DNA of 64,000 nt from a candidate division FCPU426 bacterium (GTDB taxonomy: Bacteria; Oederibacteriota; Muellerivitia; Muellerivitales; Muellerivitaceae). The stretch is taken from assembly GCA_963796105.1 (NCBI GenBank), contig CAWCKJ010000006.1, positions 260,109 through 324,108 of the forward strand, read 5' to 3'. The translations under genes and the position numbers were made by a program. The stretch's first letter is position 1, and the number at the start of each line of letters is the position of its first letter. Shown here one piece after another: positions 53,145 to 62,273 of the stretch. The notes beneath the pieces were generated by a model. The model had not been told where the DNA came from and made no database searches. It saw only the letters and a list, made by a program, of their open reading frames with translations.

Positions 53145-54989
53145 GTGGTCGAACTTCCTGATTATCTTCCGGTTCGGATGTTGAACCAATTTGTCTATTG
53201 TCCGCGCCTCTTTTATTACGAGTTTGTGGAAGGCCTTTTCGTCCACAGCGCCGACACGGTTGAGGGGACCATTCAGCACAAGAGGGTGGACAAACTCGGG
53301 AAGTCTTCCAAGCGTAAAGTCATAAAGGGGGAGGAGGCAGGAGAACAGGAAAAACCATCTGAAGTAATCCATCACCGCTCACTAACCCTTTCCAGCGAAT
53401 CCCTGAAAATTAATGCCAAGATGGATTTGGTTGAGGAAGAAGAAGGGCGATTGACTCCGGTGGATTACAAGCATTCCCGCCCATACCGTTTGGATGCGCC
53501 CCGGAAATCCTATGAAGCCACGGAGGATGATGAGGAAGAGCCGGAACCGGGCAACGAAAGTGAGGAGAAGGAAAAATGGGTGGTTTGGCCGAATGATGCT
53601 GTTCAGGTTTGCGCCCAAGGACTTGTTCTCCGGGAAAATGGTTATGACTGCCAAGGTGGATACGTCTATTACCAAGCTTCCAAACAAAAAATCCCCGTGG
53701 CTTTCACGGATGAATTGATCCTGGAAACGCGCAATGTCATTGAAAACTCCCGGAAAATCGCCATTCTAGATGTTATACCTCCGCCCCTAGTTGATAACCC
53801 TAAGTGCCTCCGGTGTTCCCTCCTCCCGATTTGTATGCCCGAGGAAACGGGACTGCTTCGTGAAAAACAACCGGACCAGGAACCGCAAACTGAGATCAGG
53901 CGAATCATCGCGGCCAGAAGTGATGAGGGGGTTTTATATGTTAATACCCAGGGGGCGCGTATTAACAAATCTGGTTCTGTATTGTGTATAAAACTGGGGA
54001 CGGGAATTCTCGCGGAGACTCCTTTGTCTGTCTTGCGACAGATCAGCTTGTTTGGCAACGTACAAATGACCGTCCAAGCGCTTCACGAAATACTGGGTTT
54101 GGGCATTCCGGTCTGCCATTTCTCAATACGAGGTTGGTTTTACGGCATTTCTCAAGGGTTACCGCTTAAAAATGTGGACCTGCGCAGAAAACAGTTTAAT
54201 TCCTTTGATGATCCGGCGACAGTTCTTGCCTTGTCGCGAAAAGTCATACAGGCGAAAATCCTGAACCAACGTACTTTTCTGATGAGGAACTCTAATGGGG
54301 TGGACGAGGCCGTTTTTCAAGACATGAAGGATTTGGCGGGGAAGGCGTCGGATTCCGCTTCCCTGGAAAGCCTCCTGGGATTCGAGGGAAGCGCCGCGAG
54401 GAAATATTTCAATTGTTTTAAGAATACCATCAAGGTGGATGTCCGGACGGGTGCTCCGGGCGAAACACCTGATGGACAGGAGAGGCTCCCATTGCCGGAC
54501 TTTTGGGAGGGAAAAAATATCTTCGATTTCGAGAACCGCAATCGCCGTCCGCCGAAGGATCCTATCAATTCCTTGCTGTCCCTGGCTTATTCAATGCTCG
54601 TAAAAGACATGACGGTAGCGTGTTATGCGGTCGGACTTGACCCCATGTTTGGTTTTTTTCATCAACCGAAATTCGGGAGGCCCGCTTTGGCGCTGGACTT
54701 GATGGAAGAATTCCGGCCCCTAATAGCTGATTCCGTGGTTCTTGGGCTTGTCAATAACCGCATGCTGAACTCGTCGCATTTTTTGTGGGGAAAAAGTGGT
54801 TGTGTACTGACCGACAAGGGAAGGGCTGTATTTTTTGAAGCCTATGAAAAACGGAAGAATTCATTGGTGACGCACCCGTTATTCGGTTACCGGATAAGTT
54901 ACGGCCGACTTTTGGAGGTGCAAGCCAGGCTTTTGGCAAAACACCTTCAGGGTGAAGTGCCGGACTATGTTGGCTTTACCACGAGGTAG
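53145..54989 (+). CDS. cas1: Cas4-Cas1 fusion
   Basis: Cas4: NQFVYCPR, KMDLVE, PVDYK, CLRCSLLPIC. Cas1: LLGFEGSAARKYF, RNRRPPKDPIN, GFFH..RPALALDLMEEFRP. Confidence 0.95.
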   Translation: MVELPDYLPVRMLNQFVYCPRLFYYEFVEGLFVHSADTVEGTIQHKRVDKLGKSSKRKVIKGEEAGEQEKPSEVIHHRSLTLSSESLKINAKMDLVEEEEGRLTPVDYKHSRPYRLDAPRKSYEATEDDEEEPEPGNESEEKEKWVVWPNDAVQVCAQGLVLRENGYDCQGGYVYYQASKQKIPVAFTDELILETRNVIENSRKIAILDVIPPPLVDNPKCLRCSLLPICMPEETGLLREKQPDQEPQTEIRRIIAARSDEGVLYVNTQGARINKSGSVLCIKLGTGILAETPLSVLRQISLFGNVQMTVQALHEILGLGIPVCHFSIRGWFYGISQGLPLKNVDLRRKQFNSFDDPATVLALSRKVIQAKILNQRTFLMRNSNGVDEAVFQDMKDLAGKASDSASLESLLGFEGSAARKYFNCFKNTIKVDVRTGAPGETPDGQERLPLPDFWEGKNIFDFENRNRRPPKDPINSLLSLAYSMLVKDMTVACYAVGLDPMFGFFHQPKFGRPALALDLMEEFRPLIADSVVLGLVNNRMLNSSHFLWGKSGCVLTDKGRAVFFEAYEKRKNSLVTHPLFGYRISYGRLLEVQARLLAKHLQGEVPDYVGFTTR

Positions 54990-54992
54990 GAC

Positions 54993-55283
54993 ATGTTGAG
55001 TGTTTATATCGTGACTTATGACATCTCAAACCCGAAGCGGCTTAATAAGGTTTTTAAGGCCCTGCATAATTACGGCGATCATCTCCAATTATCTGTTTTT
55101 GAGTGTCAAATGAGCGACAAGGATTTGGTTATCCTCAAAGAAAAATTGAATAGGATTATCAAAAAGGAGGAGGATCAGGTATTGGTTATACGGCTTGGCC
55201 CCGCCGAGGGACGGGCTGAGTTTGCAATAGAATCTCTTGGAAGACGATATGAACCTAAGGATCGGTCGATAGTAGTAGCCTGA
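54993..55283 (+). CDS. cas2: Cas2
   Basis: YIVTYDISNPKRL, HLQLSVFEC, EDQV. Confidence 0.95.
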   Translation: MLSVYIVTYDISNPKRLNKVFKALHNYGDHLQLSVFECQMSDKDLVILKEKLNRIIKKEEDQVLVIRLGPAEGRAEFAIESLGRRYEPKDRSIVVA

Positions 55284-55287
55284 CACG

Positions 55288-55316
55288 TTGACAGACTTCT
55301 TTTTCTGGTTTAACTT
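55288..55316 (+). promoter_or_regulatory. Sigma70 promoter for the predicted tracrRNA
   Basis: TTGACA-17 bp-TAACTT; predicted start near 55322. Confidence 0.65.
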
Positions 55317-55321
55317 AAGTG

Positions 55322-55452
55322 AGCTTGGTTTTTGTGTCATGGAGGGGTCACAGGATTGGCTCTGCCGTCCGAATAGCTGCCCCGGCATTTTTAAGCCCCT
55401 TGAAAAGGGTCCGAACCAAGCGGTTCTTTGAAATCGAAAGGTGGCTTCTGAC
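55322..55452 (+). ncRNA. Predicted tracrRNA
   Basis: Stem GCTTGGTT/AACCAAGC enclosing GTGTC (complement of the repeat 3' end GACAC), then degenerate anti-repeat GGTTCTTTGAAATCGAAAGGTGGCTTCTGAC. Confidence 0.7.
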
Positions 55453-55640
55453 GTCGCTGGTTTCGCGAGAGGTTTGGTGATGTGAAAACCTCCAGAGCCG
55501 CTCGAAAGGTTTTAATCGGCTTATTTATTGGAGTTTCCAATTGAACGGCATGAATGGGAGTCGAGCAATGGGGAAGATGGGCTATCCGCTCGCAGATGAT
55601 CGTTTAGTTTGTTGCCAATATTGGACTTTAGAGTGGCGCA
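55453..55640 (+). promoter_or_regulatory. CRISPR leader
   Basis: Non-coding region before repeat 1, with a gcgagag..ccgctcg inverted motif and a second ccgctcgc. Confidence 0.6.
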
Positions 55641-56623
55641 GTAGAAACACCTTCCGATAATCGAACGAGCCGACACTTCAAGACAATGGCCGAAAGAACA
55701 GGGCTTCCCGTCGATGTAGAAACACCTTCCGATAATCGAACGAGCCGACACTCGAAACCGACTCCCACAATCAATTTCTACCCACTTTGTAGAAACACCT
55801 TCCGATAATCGAACGAGCCGACACTACACTTCCCCTTATCATCCATCGGTTCATAAAAAAGTAGAAACACCTTCCGATAATCGAACGAGCCGACACTATC
55901 TCTATATTGTATAATTAAATCATAGGCAAGGCTGGTAGAAACACCTTCCGATAATCGAACGAGCCGACACTTCAAATTCACGCTCAAGGAGTACCTATGA
56001 CAGCATGTAGAAACACCTTCCGATAATCGAACGAGCCGACACGACTATTAGTAAAGGGGCGTCGTTCAAACTGGTTAAGTAGAAACACCTTCCGATAATC
56101 GAACGAGCCGACACTTATACGCCTGCTTTTGCTCATCTTGGGGAACAGAGGTAGAAACACCTTCCGATAATCGAACGAGCCGACACGCCCGTCAGCGTGG
56201 ACCTGTCTCCTCCAATTTTCTTAGTAGAAACACCTTCCGATAATCGAACGAGCCGACACGAGTGGAAGAAGATAGGGCAGTTTGACGACTACCGACGTAG
56301 AAACACCTTCCGATAATCGAACGAGCCGACACCTTCTCAATATTTGGATTTGAGAAGTGTGCCTCGGGGTAGAAACACCTTCCGATAATCGAACGAGCCG
56401 ACACCTTGGGGAGCTTATCTAGGGTTTCGCTTTGGTTGAAATTGTAGAAACACCTTCCGATAATCGAACGAGCCGACACTTATAGAAGAACGTGTAACAA
56501 ACCCAATCATTTCTGTAGAAACACCTTCCGATAATCGAACGAGCCGACACCCAAAAGGGGCAAGTCGTCTTTCACGCTCTCCCCCATGTAGAAACACCTT
56601 CCGATAATCGAACGAGCCGACAC
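55641..56623 (+). CRISPR. CRISPR array: 14 identical 36-nt repeats, 13 spacers of 35-39 nt
   Basis: Repeat GTAGAAACACCTTCCGATAATCGAACGAGCCGACAC starting at 55641, 55716, 55789, 55861, 55935, 56007, 56079, 56151, 56224, 56297, 56369, 56444, 56515, 56588. Confidence 0.99.
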
Positions 56624-56682
56624 TCAAGAAACTTCTATAACAGAGTAATTTAAAATAAACGCATTTAAGCAGATTTGGAGAC

Positions 56683-56734
56683 AGCGCGAAGCCCTTTATG
56701 CGGATTTTTAAATCCGCATAAAGGGCTTCGCGCT
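56683..56734. terminator. Perfect 25-bp inverted repeat downstream of the array
   Basis: AGCGCGAAGCCCTTTATGCGGATTT tt AAATCCGCATAAAGGGCTTCGCGCT; no U-tract, so function is uncertain. Confidence 0.5.
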
Positions 56735-56774
56735 TAGAAGCCAAATTCAGTGAGGCGGTGAATCAGGATGACAG

Positions 56775-56878
56775 GCATGCAACCGTGATCAGGTTGCACT
56801 CGTCTCTCTAAGCGATTCTTTTTCCTGCACTTTTTGTATTTTTTTTTAAAAAACTTCTTGTGGCAAAGCCGTGGCAAA
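56775..56878 (+). repeat. Third TGCAACC palindrome plus tandem GTGGCAAA repeat
   Basis: GCATGCAACC gtgatca GGTTGCACTC and TGTGGCAAAGCCGTGGCAAA (56859-56878). Confidence 0.7.
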
Positions 56879-56955
56879 TAAATTTTAAAAATATTCTTCC
56901 GCTTTTTTCCGCTTTAATTGCCCCTTCCAAAAATCCATCCTAGAATTACCGCACC

Positions 56956-58821
56956 ATGTCCTTTTTCAAAACCGTCGAGAAGCACACGCCAACTGTATTG
57001 GTCGGATTTGCCGTCTATTCTGGCGTTAAATTCATCCTGGAAGTCCTGGGAGTCCTATCCCCATCGGTTACCCCCTTTGACACTCTTTCGGCTCTTTCTG
57101 TCGGTTTCCTCTTCATGTTTGAGAAGCATGTCCACATGGATCACCTTCTGGCTTTTGCCCCGGCAGTCATCGCCCTGGCTTTTTTTCATGACTTTTTCGG
57201 GGTGTTCCTGGGGAACGAAGGGTTCACTGGGGACGTGGTGATGGGGCTTTCCATCCTGATTGGCTTCTGCATTTATTTCATCCATTTTTACATGAGGCAC
57301 ACCACGGAACACCAGGGCGAGTCGCCCCGGCACGAAGGGGGTAAGAATTCCCTGTACCTGGACGCAGAAAACAAATATTTCATTCCAGATGAACTCCTCA
57401 AATACCACACGGAAGTGATCGGATCTTCAGGAATGGGGAAGACCAACATCTTCAACCACTTGATCGAGCAGGGGATCAGGAACGGCCTGGGAATGTTCGT
57501 TTTCGACGCCAAATCCAATTACAACAAGCACATCCCCTATTACGCCCAAAAATATGGACGTCTCCACGATTTAAAGTATTTCGATTTGGCTGACATAAAA
57601 CGAAGCCAGACCTACAACCCCGACTTCAAGGACAAGCCGGACGAAGTTTTTAACGGCCTAATGAAGTCGATTTTTTATGGGCCTGTGACCCAGGAATTTT
57701 ATCGGGACCAGGCCAGCGATGTATTGAGTAACCTGACCAATCTACTTTTCATGGAGTTCAAGCACGTTACCCGGATGGATTACCAGAACCTGATATCCAA
57801 CGAGATCAGGTCTTTTGACACAATCAAAGTATTGGCTAAGAAACATGAGGACACCGTCTCGGGAAAATACTTTTTGGAGAAGTGGGTCAATATGTCGGAG
57901 AAGGACCGGGAATTGAACCTTTCGGGCCTGACTAGCAAACTTGCTCGGTTCACAAATAGGGAATGGTCACCTCTTATCAATACCCTGAACCCAGATATCA
58001 AGATGAAGGACGTGGTTGAGAAACAACAGATATTCCTATTTGGGACCTCTTCCCTGGTGAACCAGGAAGACTCTAAACCGGTCATTATTTCGGCCCTAAT
58101 AGACCTGGCGGGGGTAATAGGGAGGCGGCTAATTGAGAAGCCGGAAAGACCCTTTTTCGTGTTTTTGGACGAGTTCTATACCGCTGCATATCCCGGCCTA
58201 AACGACCTTATTTCCCTTGGTCGGGAAGCCAATGTTTGCTTCTTCCTGGCCCATCACAGTCTGGGCCAACTGGGGGCAGTCAGCCAGGAATTCAAGGACG
58301 ATATCCTTACCAACACTAATCACAAGATCGTGATGAACATCACCGAAAAAGACACAGTGGATTTTTTTGCCGCCATATTCGGAACCAAAGTCACCATGAA
58401 GGACGTTTTATCTTATGACACGCGAGTACCCCAACCCAGGGGGAAGACCGTGAAACCGGATGAGGAATTCATCATCCATCCCAATTATTTAAGGGGAATG
58501 AAACGTGGGGAAGCGGTATGCAGAATCGTCTATGTCTCAGGGCCGAAAGTTTTCAAGATGAAGCTTAAGGAAGTCAAACCTCCACCCCGAGAATTTGATT
58601 ATGTGGGCTGTGTTCCTATAAGGGATAACCACAAAAAATCAAATCAATACAACAAAATCGATTTACCAAAAGTCGAGACACCCTCGAAAACGATCCCTAA
58701 AAATGTTGAAGCAAAAAAACCGCCCAAAGAAATCCAGAAAGAAGAACCTAAAACTGACGCGGAATTATTATCCAAGGGGGAGGTTTATTCTAAAAAACTA
58801 GGGAAAGGAGAAGTTCATTGA
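56956..58821 (+). CDS. Type IV secretion coupling protein (VirD4/TraD-like)
   Basis: N-terminal TM helices, HTEVIGSSGMGKT, FDAK, YNP, VFLDEF, GREANV..AHHSLGQL. Confidence 0.88.
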   Translation: MSFFKTVEKHTPTVLVGFAVYSGVKFILEVLGVLSPSVTPFDTLSALSVGFLFMFEKHVHMDHLLAFAPAVIALAFFHDFFGVFLGNEGFTGDVVMGLSILIGFCIYFIHFYMRHTTEHQGESPRHEGGKNSLYLDAENKYFIPDELLKYHTEVIGSSGMGKTNIFNHLIEQGIRNGLGMFVFDAKSNYNKHIPYYAQKYGRLHDLKYFDLADIKRSQTYNPDFKDKPDEVFNGLMKSIFYGPVTQEFYRDQASDVLSNLTNLLFMEFKHVTRMDYQNLISNEIRSFDTIKVLAKKHEDTVSGKYFLEKWVNMSEKDRELNLSGLTSKLARFTNREWSPLINTLNPDIKMKDVVEKQQIFLFGTSSLVNQEDSKPVIISALIDLAGVIGRRLIEKPERPFFVFLDEFYTAAYPGLNDLISLGREANVCFFLAHHSLGQLGAVSQEFKDDILTNTNHKIVMNITEKDTVDFFAAIFGTKVTMKDVLSYDTRVPQPRGKTVKPDEEFIIHPNYLRGMKRGEAVCRIVYVSGPKVFKMKLKEVKPPPREFDYVGCVPIRDNHKKSNQYNKIDLPKVETPSKTIPKNVEAKKPPKEIQKEEPKTDAELLSKGEVYSKKLGKGEVH

Positions 58822-59627
58822 GGGGCCTGAAAGAAATGACTGGAATTGAAATTGAACACCTGGCATGGATTCATTCCAATAAATTTACAACTCCAGAATT
58901 GTTTCATCTGAAGTTCCTTCCTAATCAGAGTTCCAGGAACGCCTACAAAATCCTAAAAAAATACACCAGCTTGGAAAGAGACCTTTTACACGTTTTTAAG
59001 ACACCAGTGGGAAACAGTAACCTTTTTTTCTTAACTGCGGGGGCTTTAAGAACGTTGGATGAAAATAACAAAATTTTAGTGAGATCCAACAAGTATCCAA
59101 TCAAGATCAACACTCATGAAAAAGAGCACGACCTAATGGTTCAGACAGTCCGAATAACATTCGAATCTTTGGATGAACTTAGGGATATTTTTTGGGTTTC
59201 AGATTTTGAGATGCGGTCAGGAATTACACCTTCAATTAAGGCGGAATACCTGGAAGGGAAGCTGAATAAGGAAAGATGGCGCTCTAATGGGGCCAATCCA
59301 AATCCAAAAGGAAGAAGAACACCTGATGGATATTTTGAGGCAGACATTGAAGGTCGAAGAGTCTCTTTTACACTTGAACTTGAGAACCATCATTACAACG
59401 ACACTATTCTTCAAAGAATGATCGATAATTTAAAGAATGGCTTTCCTCGTGCCCTCAAACTAATCGTTTCCGCCACTCCTGGAAATGCGGTCCGGATGAT
59501 CCGTTCCCTTCAAACTAGGATTAAACCCGACGAACAGCAACAATGGTTCGTTTCCGATTTTGAGAGGGTAACCACCAAACCGTTTAAAAAATGCTGGCAC
59601 CAATTGAATAAACCATTGGCGGATTAG
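58818..59627 (+). CDS. Replication-relaxation (Replic_Relax)-like protein
   Basis: wHTH-like N-terminus, FFLT..A, EHDL, RTPDGYF, LELE; 4-nt overlap with the coupling-protein gene. Confidence 0.7.
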   Translation: MRGLKEMTGIEIEHLAWIHSNKFTTPELFHLKFLPNQSSRNAYKILKKYTSLERDLLHVFKTPVGNSNLFFLTAGALRTLDENNKILVRSNKYPIKINTHEKEHDLMVQTVRITFESLDELRDIFWVSDFEMRSGITPSIKAEYLEGKLNKERWRSNGANPNPKGRRTPDGYFEADIEGRRVSFTLELENHHYNDTILQRMIDNLKNGFPRALKLIVSATPGNAVRMIRSLQTRIKPDEQQQWFVSDFERVTTKPFKKCWHQLNKPLAD

Positions 59628-59658
59628 TCGAAATATCGAAAAACGGCCCTTGAAATAG

Positions 59659-59676
59659 TGTCAACCATAGGCGACA
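59659..59676. promoter_or_regulatory. Palindromic operator of the TA operon
   Basis: TGTCAACCATAGGCGACA just downstream of TTGAAA. Confidence 0.55.
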
Positions 59677-59693
59677 ATGAAAAGGAGAGGTAA

Positions 59694-60044
59694 TTGGAAA
59701 CAACACCTTTTGAATTAAAGGATTATGAAACACCGGATGGGCGGTGTCCTTACCAGGAATGGTATTCGGAGTTAATTAAAAAAGACCTAAGGTCTGCAAC
59801 CGCTTTAGAAAATAGGGTTAGGCGGTTAGAAAATGGCTTGCTTGGGGATTATGACGACGTTCAGGACGGTATCCTTGAACTCAGAATTCATGTAGGCCAA
59901 GGTTTTCGCATATATGTCCGTAGGATTGGTAGAACCATGATGCTTTTGCTTTCCGGCGGGGAAAAGAAAACCCAGGACCAAGATGTTAAAAAAGCCAAGG
60001 AATATTGGAACGAATTTAAAAGTAGAAATAAAGGAGTAAAGTAA
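59694..60044 (+). CDS. RelE/HigB-like addiction-module toxin
   Basis: GRCPYQEW, ILELRIHVGQGFRIY, LLLSGGEKKTQDQDV. Confidence 0.9.
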   Translation: METTPFELKDYETPDGRCPYQEWYSELIKKDLRSATALENRVRRLENGLLGDYDDVQDGILELRIHVGQGFRIYVRRIGRTMMLLLSGGEKKTQDQDVKKAKEYWNEFKSRNKGVK

Positions 60045-60343
60045 TGAAAGGCATTAGAGACCATAAATCAGCGATCATTGAACATTTAAAAACCAATGAG
60101 AACTTCCGAAAAGCTTACCTAAATGAAGCCCTTAACGAGGATGAACCTGCGGTTGTTCTTTCTATGCTTCGCGACATCGTAGATGCGACTAGGGGGTTCA
60201 CAAAACTTGCAAAAGAAACAGGCTTGGCTAGGCAAAGTCTTTATAAAGTCTTGTCTGAAAAAGGGAATCCTGAATTTGGAAGTGTTTGGAAGATCGTCCG
60301 CATATTGCGGAAAAAGAATCAAGCTTTGGTGAATGCTCGGTAA
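60044..60343 (+). CDS. Addiction-module HTH antitoxin
   Basis: AYLNEAL, GFTKLAKETGLARQSLYKVLSEKGNPEF. Confidence 0.9.
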   Translation: MKGIRDHKSAIIEHLKTNENFRKAYLNEALNEDEPAVVLSMLRDIVDATRGFTKLAKETGLARQSLYKVLSEKGNPEFGSVWKIVRILRKKNQALVNAR

Positions 60344-60347
60344 AATT

Positions 60348-62273
60348 TCATTTACCACCGTGTGGAAGGCTTTCTAAAATGTTTTGAGCCGAAGGATTGC
60401 TCGGATCGTTTTTCAAGACACGTTCCAAGCATAGTCTGGCTTCGTCGTACCGTTTAGCTAAGTAATAAAAGACGCCGAGTTTGTAGTAAAGGTCGAAATA
60501 TTTCCCGCCTGATAGATTTAATGCTTCCAAGAAAAATGCCTCGGCAGTTTGAGGATGGTTTTCCAATAAAAAAAAAGTCCCCATATTTGAAATCCCGATG
60601 GGATAATTCGCCCGCGTGTAAAAACCCATCAATAAAAAATCCCATATAGTGGGTTCGGGAAGTTTGATGAATTCAGTTGCCCTTTCCAGGACCTGATTCT
60701 GGATATTGTATTCGGCCATAATTCTGGAATCGTCAAGGGTCGGTACTTGAGGCGCATAACCTTTTTTCAAATAAATTACGGTATTCTCATCCAAGTAAAC
60801 CGGTCGCCAATCACTGTTATTTTGGAGATCAGCGACCCAACTCGTGGATATAGCTGGATTGAAAAATAGAATATTTGCGGAATTTTGGTCCGCCAAGGAT
60901 GTTATTTTTCCTGTGTACTGGGCTGAAATGTATTCTGTGAATAGTTTCTCGCCCATTACCTCCAGACGGCCATCGATAAATACCTTTTGAGGACCTTTCC
61001 AGTCCAACCAGCCTCCCGGATTCAAAGCATTTAATATCCTTCCATCTAAATGGTTTTGAATAAGGAAATCCGTGGCCCGAACGGGTTGACTTTCATCGTT
61101 CACCCCAAGGCCGAAGCGTTCGGTTCGGCGGTCGTCCACATAATAGGCGTTTGTGATAACCCGCAAACCTAGACCCGAAAGTAGAGTTATTAGGATCAAC
61201 GCAACCCATGATCTGGATAGAATCCCTTCTGTTATTTTGCGTAACCATGCCCATTCCAGGTCCTTCAAACAAGCGGCCGTAATGGGCAGGCAAATGAGGA
61301 TGAAAAGCGGAATGTTCCGTACGGCGTTTGCGGATAAATAAAAGAAAATGGCGACCAGGAAAAACTCGTGAATTTTCCGTTTCTTCCAGGTGATCAAGAT
61401 CAAAAACAATAAAAGGAAACTGAATAGCTTACAACCCCATAACTGGGCAACCGGCATAATGGGAATGTCGTAATGGACCCAAGGGGACATGAATTCATTT
61501 ATATTTGAATGGAAAAGTTTAGTGTGAAGTGTCTGCCAAAGTTGGAACGGGAATAATATCCCTCGGAAAAAATATGGGTTTAACAGGCATAAAACCATAG
61601 CCAGGCCCGAAAACCGCACCAACTTCGAATCTGCCCGGCGTTGATGGAAGATACCAGAAACCAAAAAACCAACCATCAATCCCCAACCCAGGATAAATAA
61701 ACCTTCCATGTTGGCCCAAACAACCTGGAGGATTGGAAGAAGGAATAGAAAATCCCTTTTCCGGGCCGTTCTTTGCTCCAATGTCCAAAGCATAACACTC
61801 ATAAGCAACCAACTAATGATTTCGGGCCGGACCTGGAAACGAATTTCACATTCCCATATAGCCCATGCAAACAATAGTGTGGATATCCATGTAGGCGCAC
61901 CGGTCAATCGAAGACGTGCCCATAGAAATGAAAAGACCGCGATTATTAAAACAACATTAAATAATGTAAGTAGCGGATAGCTGCCGGAAATAAAGAGCAG
62001 GTAAAGAACGACTTGATAAAGCCAATGGCCATCAACATAATCGTGATCGGGAACTGTGTAGGTGAAGGTATCCTTTGCGGGGAAACTATGATTTTGAAGT
62101 ATCCACTGGCCACTCCTTAGGTGAAAACCCAAATCCAAGTCTTGAATGGTATGTGCGCTTAATAGGGCCAGTAGGAGGAAACAAGAAATAAGTGCCCAGG
62201 ACCAAGGATTAATAAAAAAAGATCGGATTGAGGCCGAAAGAGGACGGGTTTGTAGGGAAGATTGAGTTGACAT
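60348..62273 (-). CDS. Polytopic membrane protein (GT-C-like) with C-terminal TPR
   Basis: DLGFHLRSGQWI, RPE, WANMEG, NPY, FIDGR motifs; TPR tail. Confidence 0.75.
   Translation of the reverse strand: MSTQSSLQTRPLSASIRSFFINPWSWALISCFLLLALLSAHTIQDLDLGFHLRSGQWILQNHSFPAKDTFTYTVPDHDYVDGHWLYQVVLYLLFISGSYPLLTLFNVVLIIAVFSFLWARLRLTGAPTWISTLLFAWAIWECEIRFQVRPEIISWLLMSVMLWTLEQRTARKRDFLFLLPILQVVWANMEGLFILGWGLMVGFLVSGIFHQRRADSKLVRFSGLAMVLCLLNPYFFRGILFPFQLWQTLHTKLFHSNINEFMSPWVHYDIPIMPVAQLWGCKLFSFLLLFLILITWKKRKIHEFFLVAIFFYLSANAVRNIPLFILICLPITAACLKDLEWAWLRKITEGILSRSWVALILITLLSGLGLRVITNAYYVDDRRTERFGLGVNDESQPVRATDFLIQNHLDGRILNALNPGGWLDWKGPQKVFIDGRLEVMGEKLFTEYISAQYTGKITSLADQNSANILFFNPAISTSWVADLQNNSDWRPVYLDENTVIYLKKGYAPQVPTLDDSRIMAEYNIQNQVLERATEFIKLPEPTIWDFLLMGFYTRANYPIGISNMGTFFLLENHPQTAEAFFLEALNLSGGKYFDLYYKLGVFYYLAKRYDEARLCLERVLKNDPSNPSAQNILESLPHGGK

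Noticed and set aside
56333..56368. Spacer 10 hairpin (cttctcaa..ttgagaag) as a functional RNA, or self-targeting spacers
   Set aside because: Short self-complementarity is compatible with chance; no spacer match was noticed inside this window by eye, and the rest of the genome is untested
55521..56744. Minus-strand ORFs across the CRISPR array
   Set aside because: Translations of repeat-spacer units
49272..59627. CRISPR-associated transposon (Cas12k-type CAST)
   Set aside because: RuvC catalytic residues are intact, adaptation genes are present, and there is no TnsB/TnsC/TniQ; the neighbouring ATPase is a VirD4-like coupling protein
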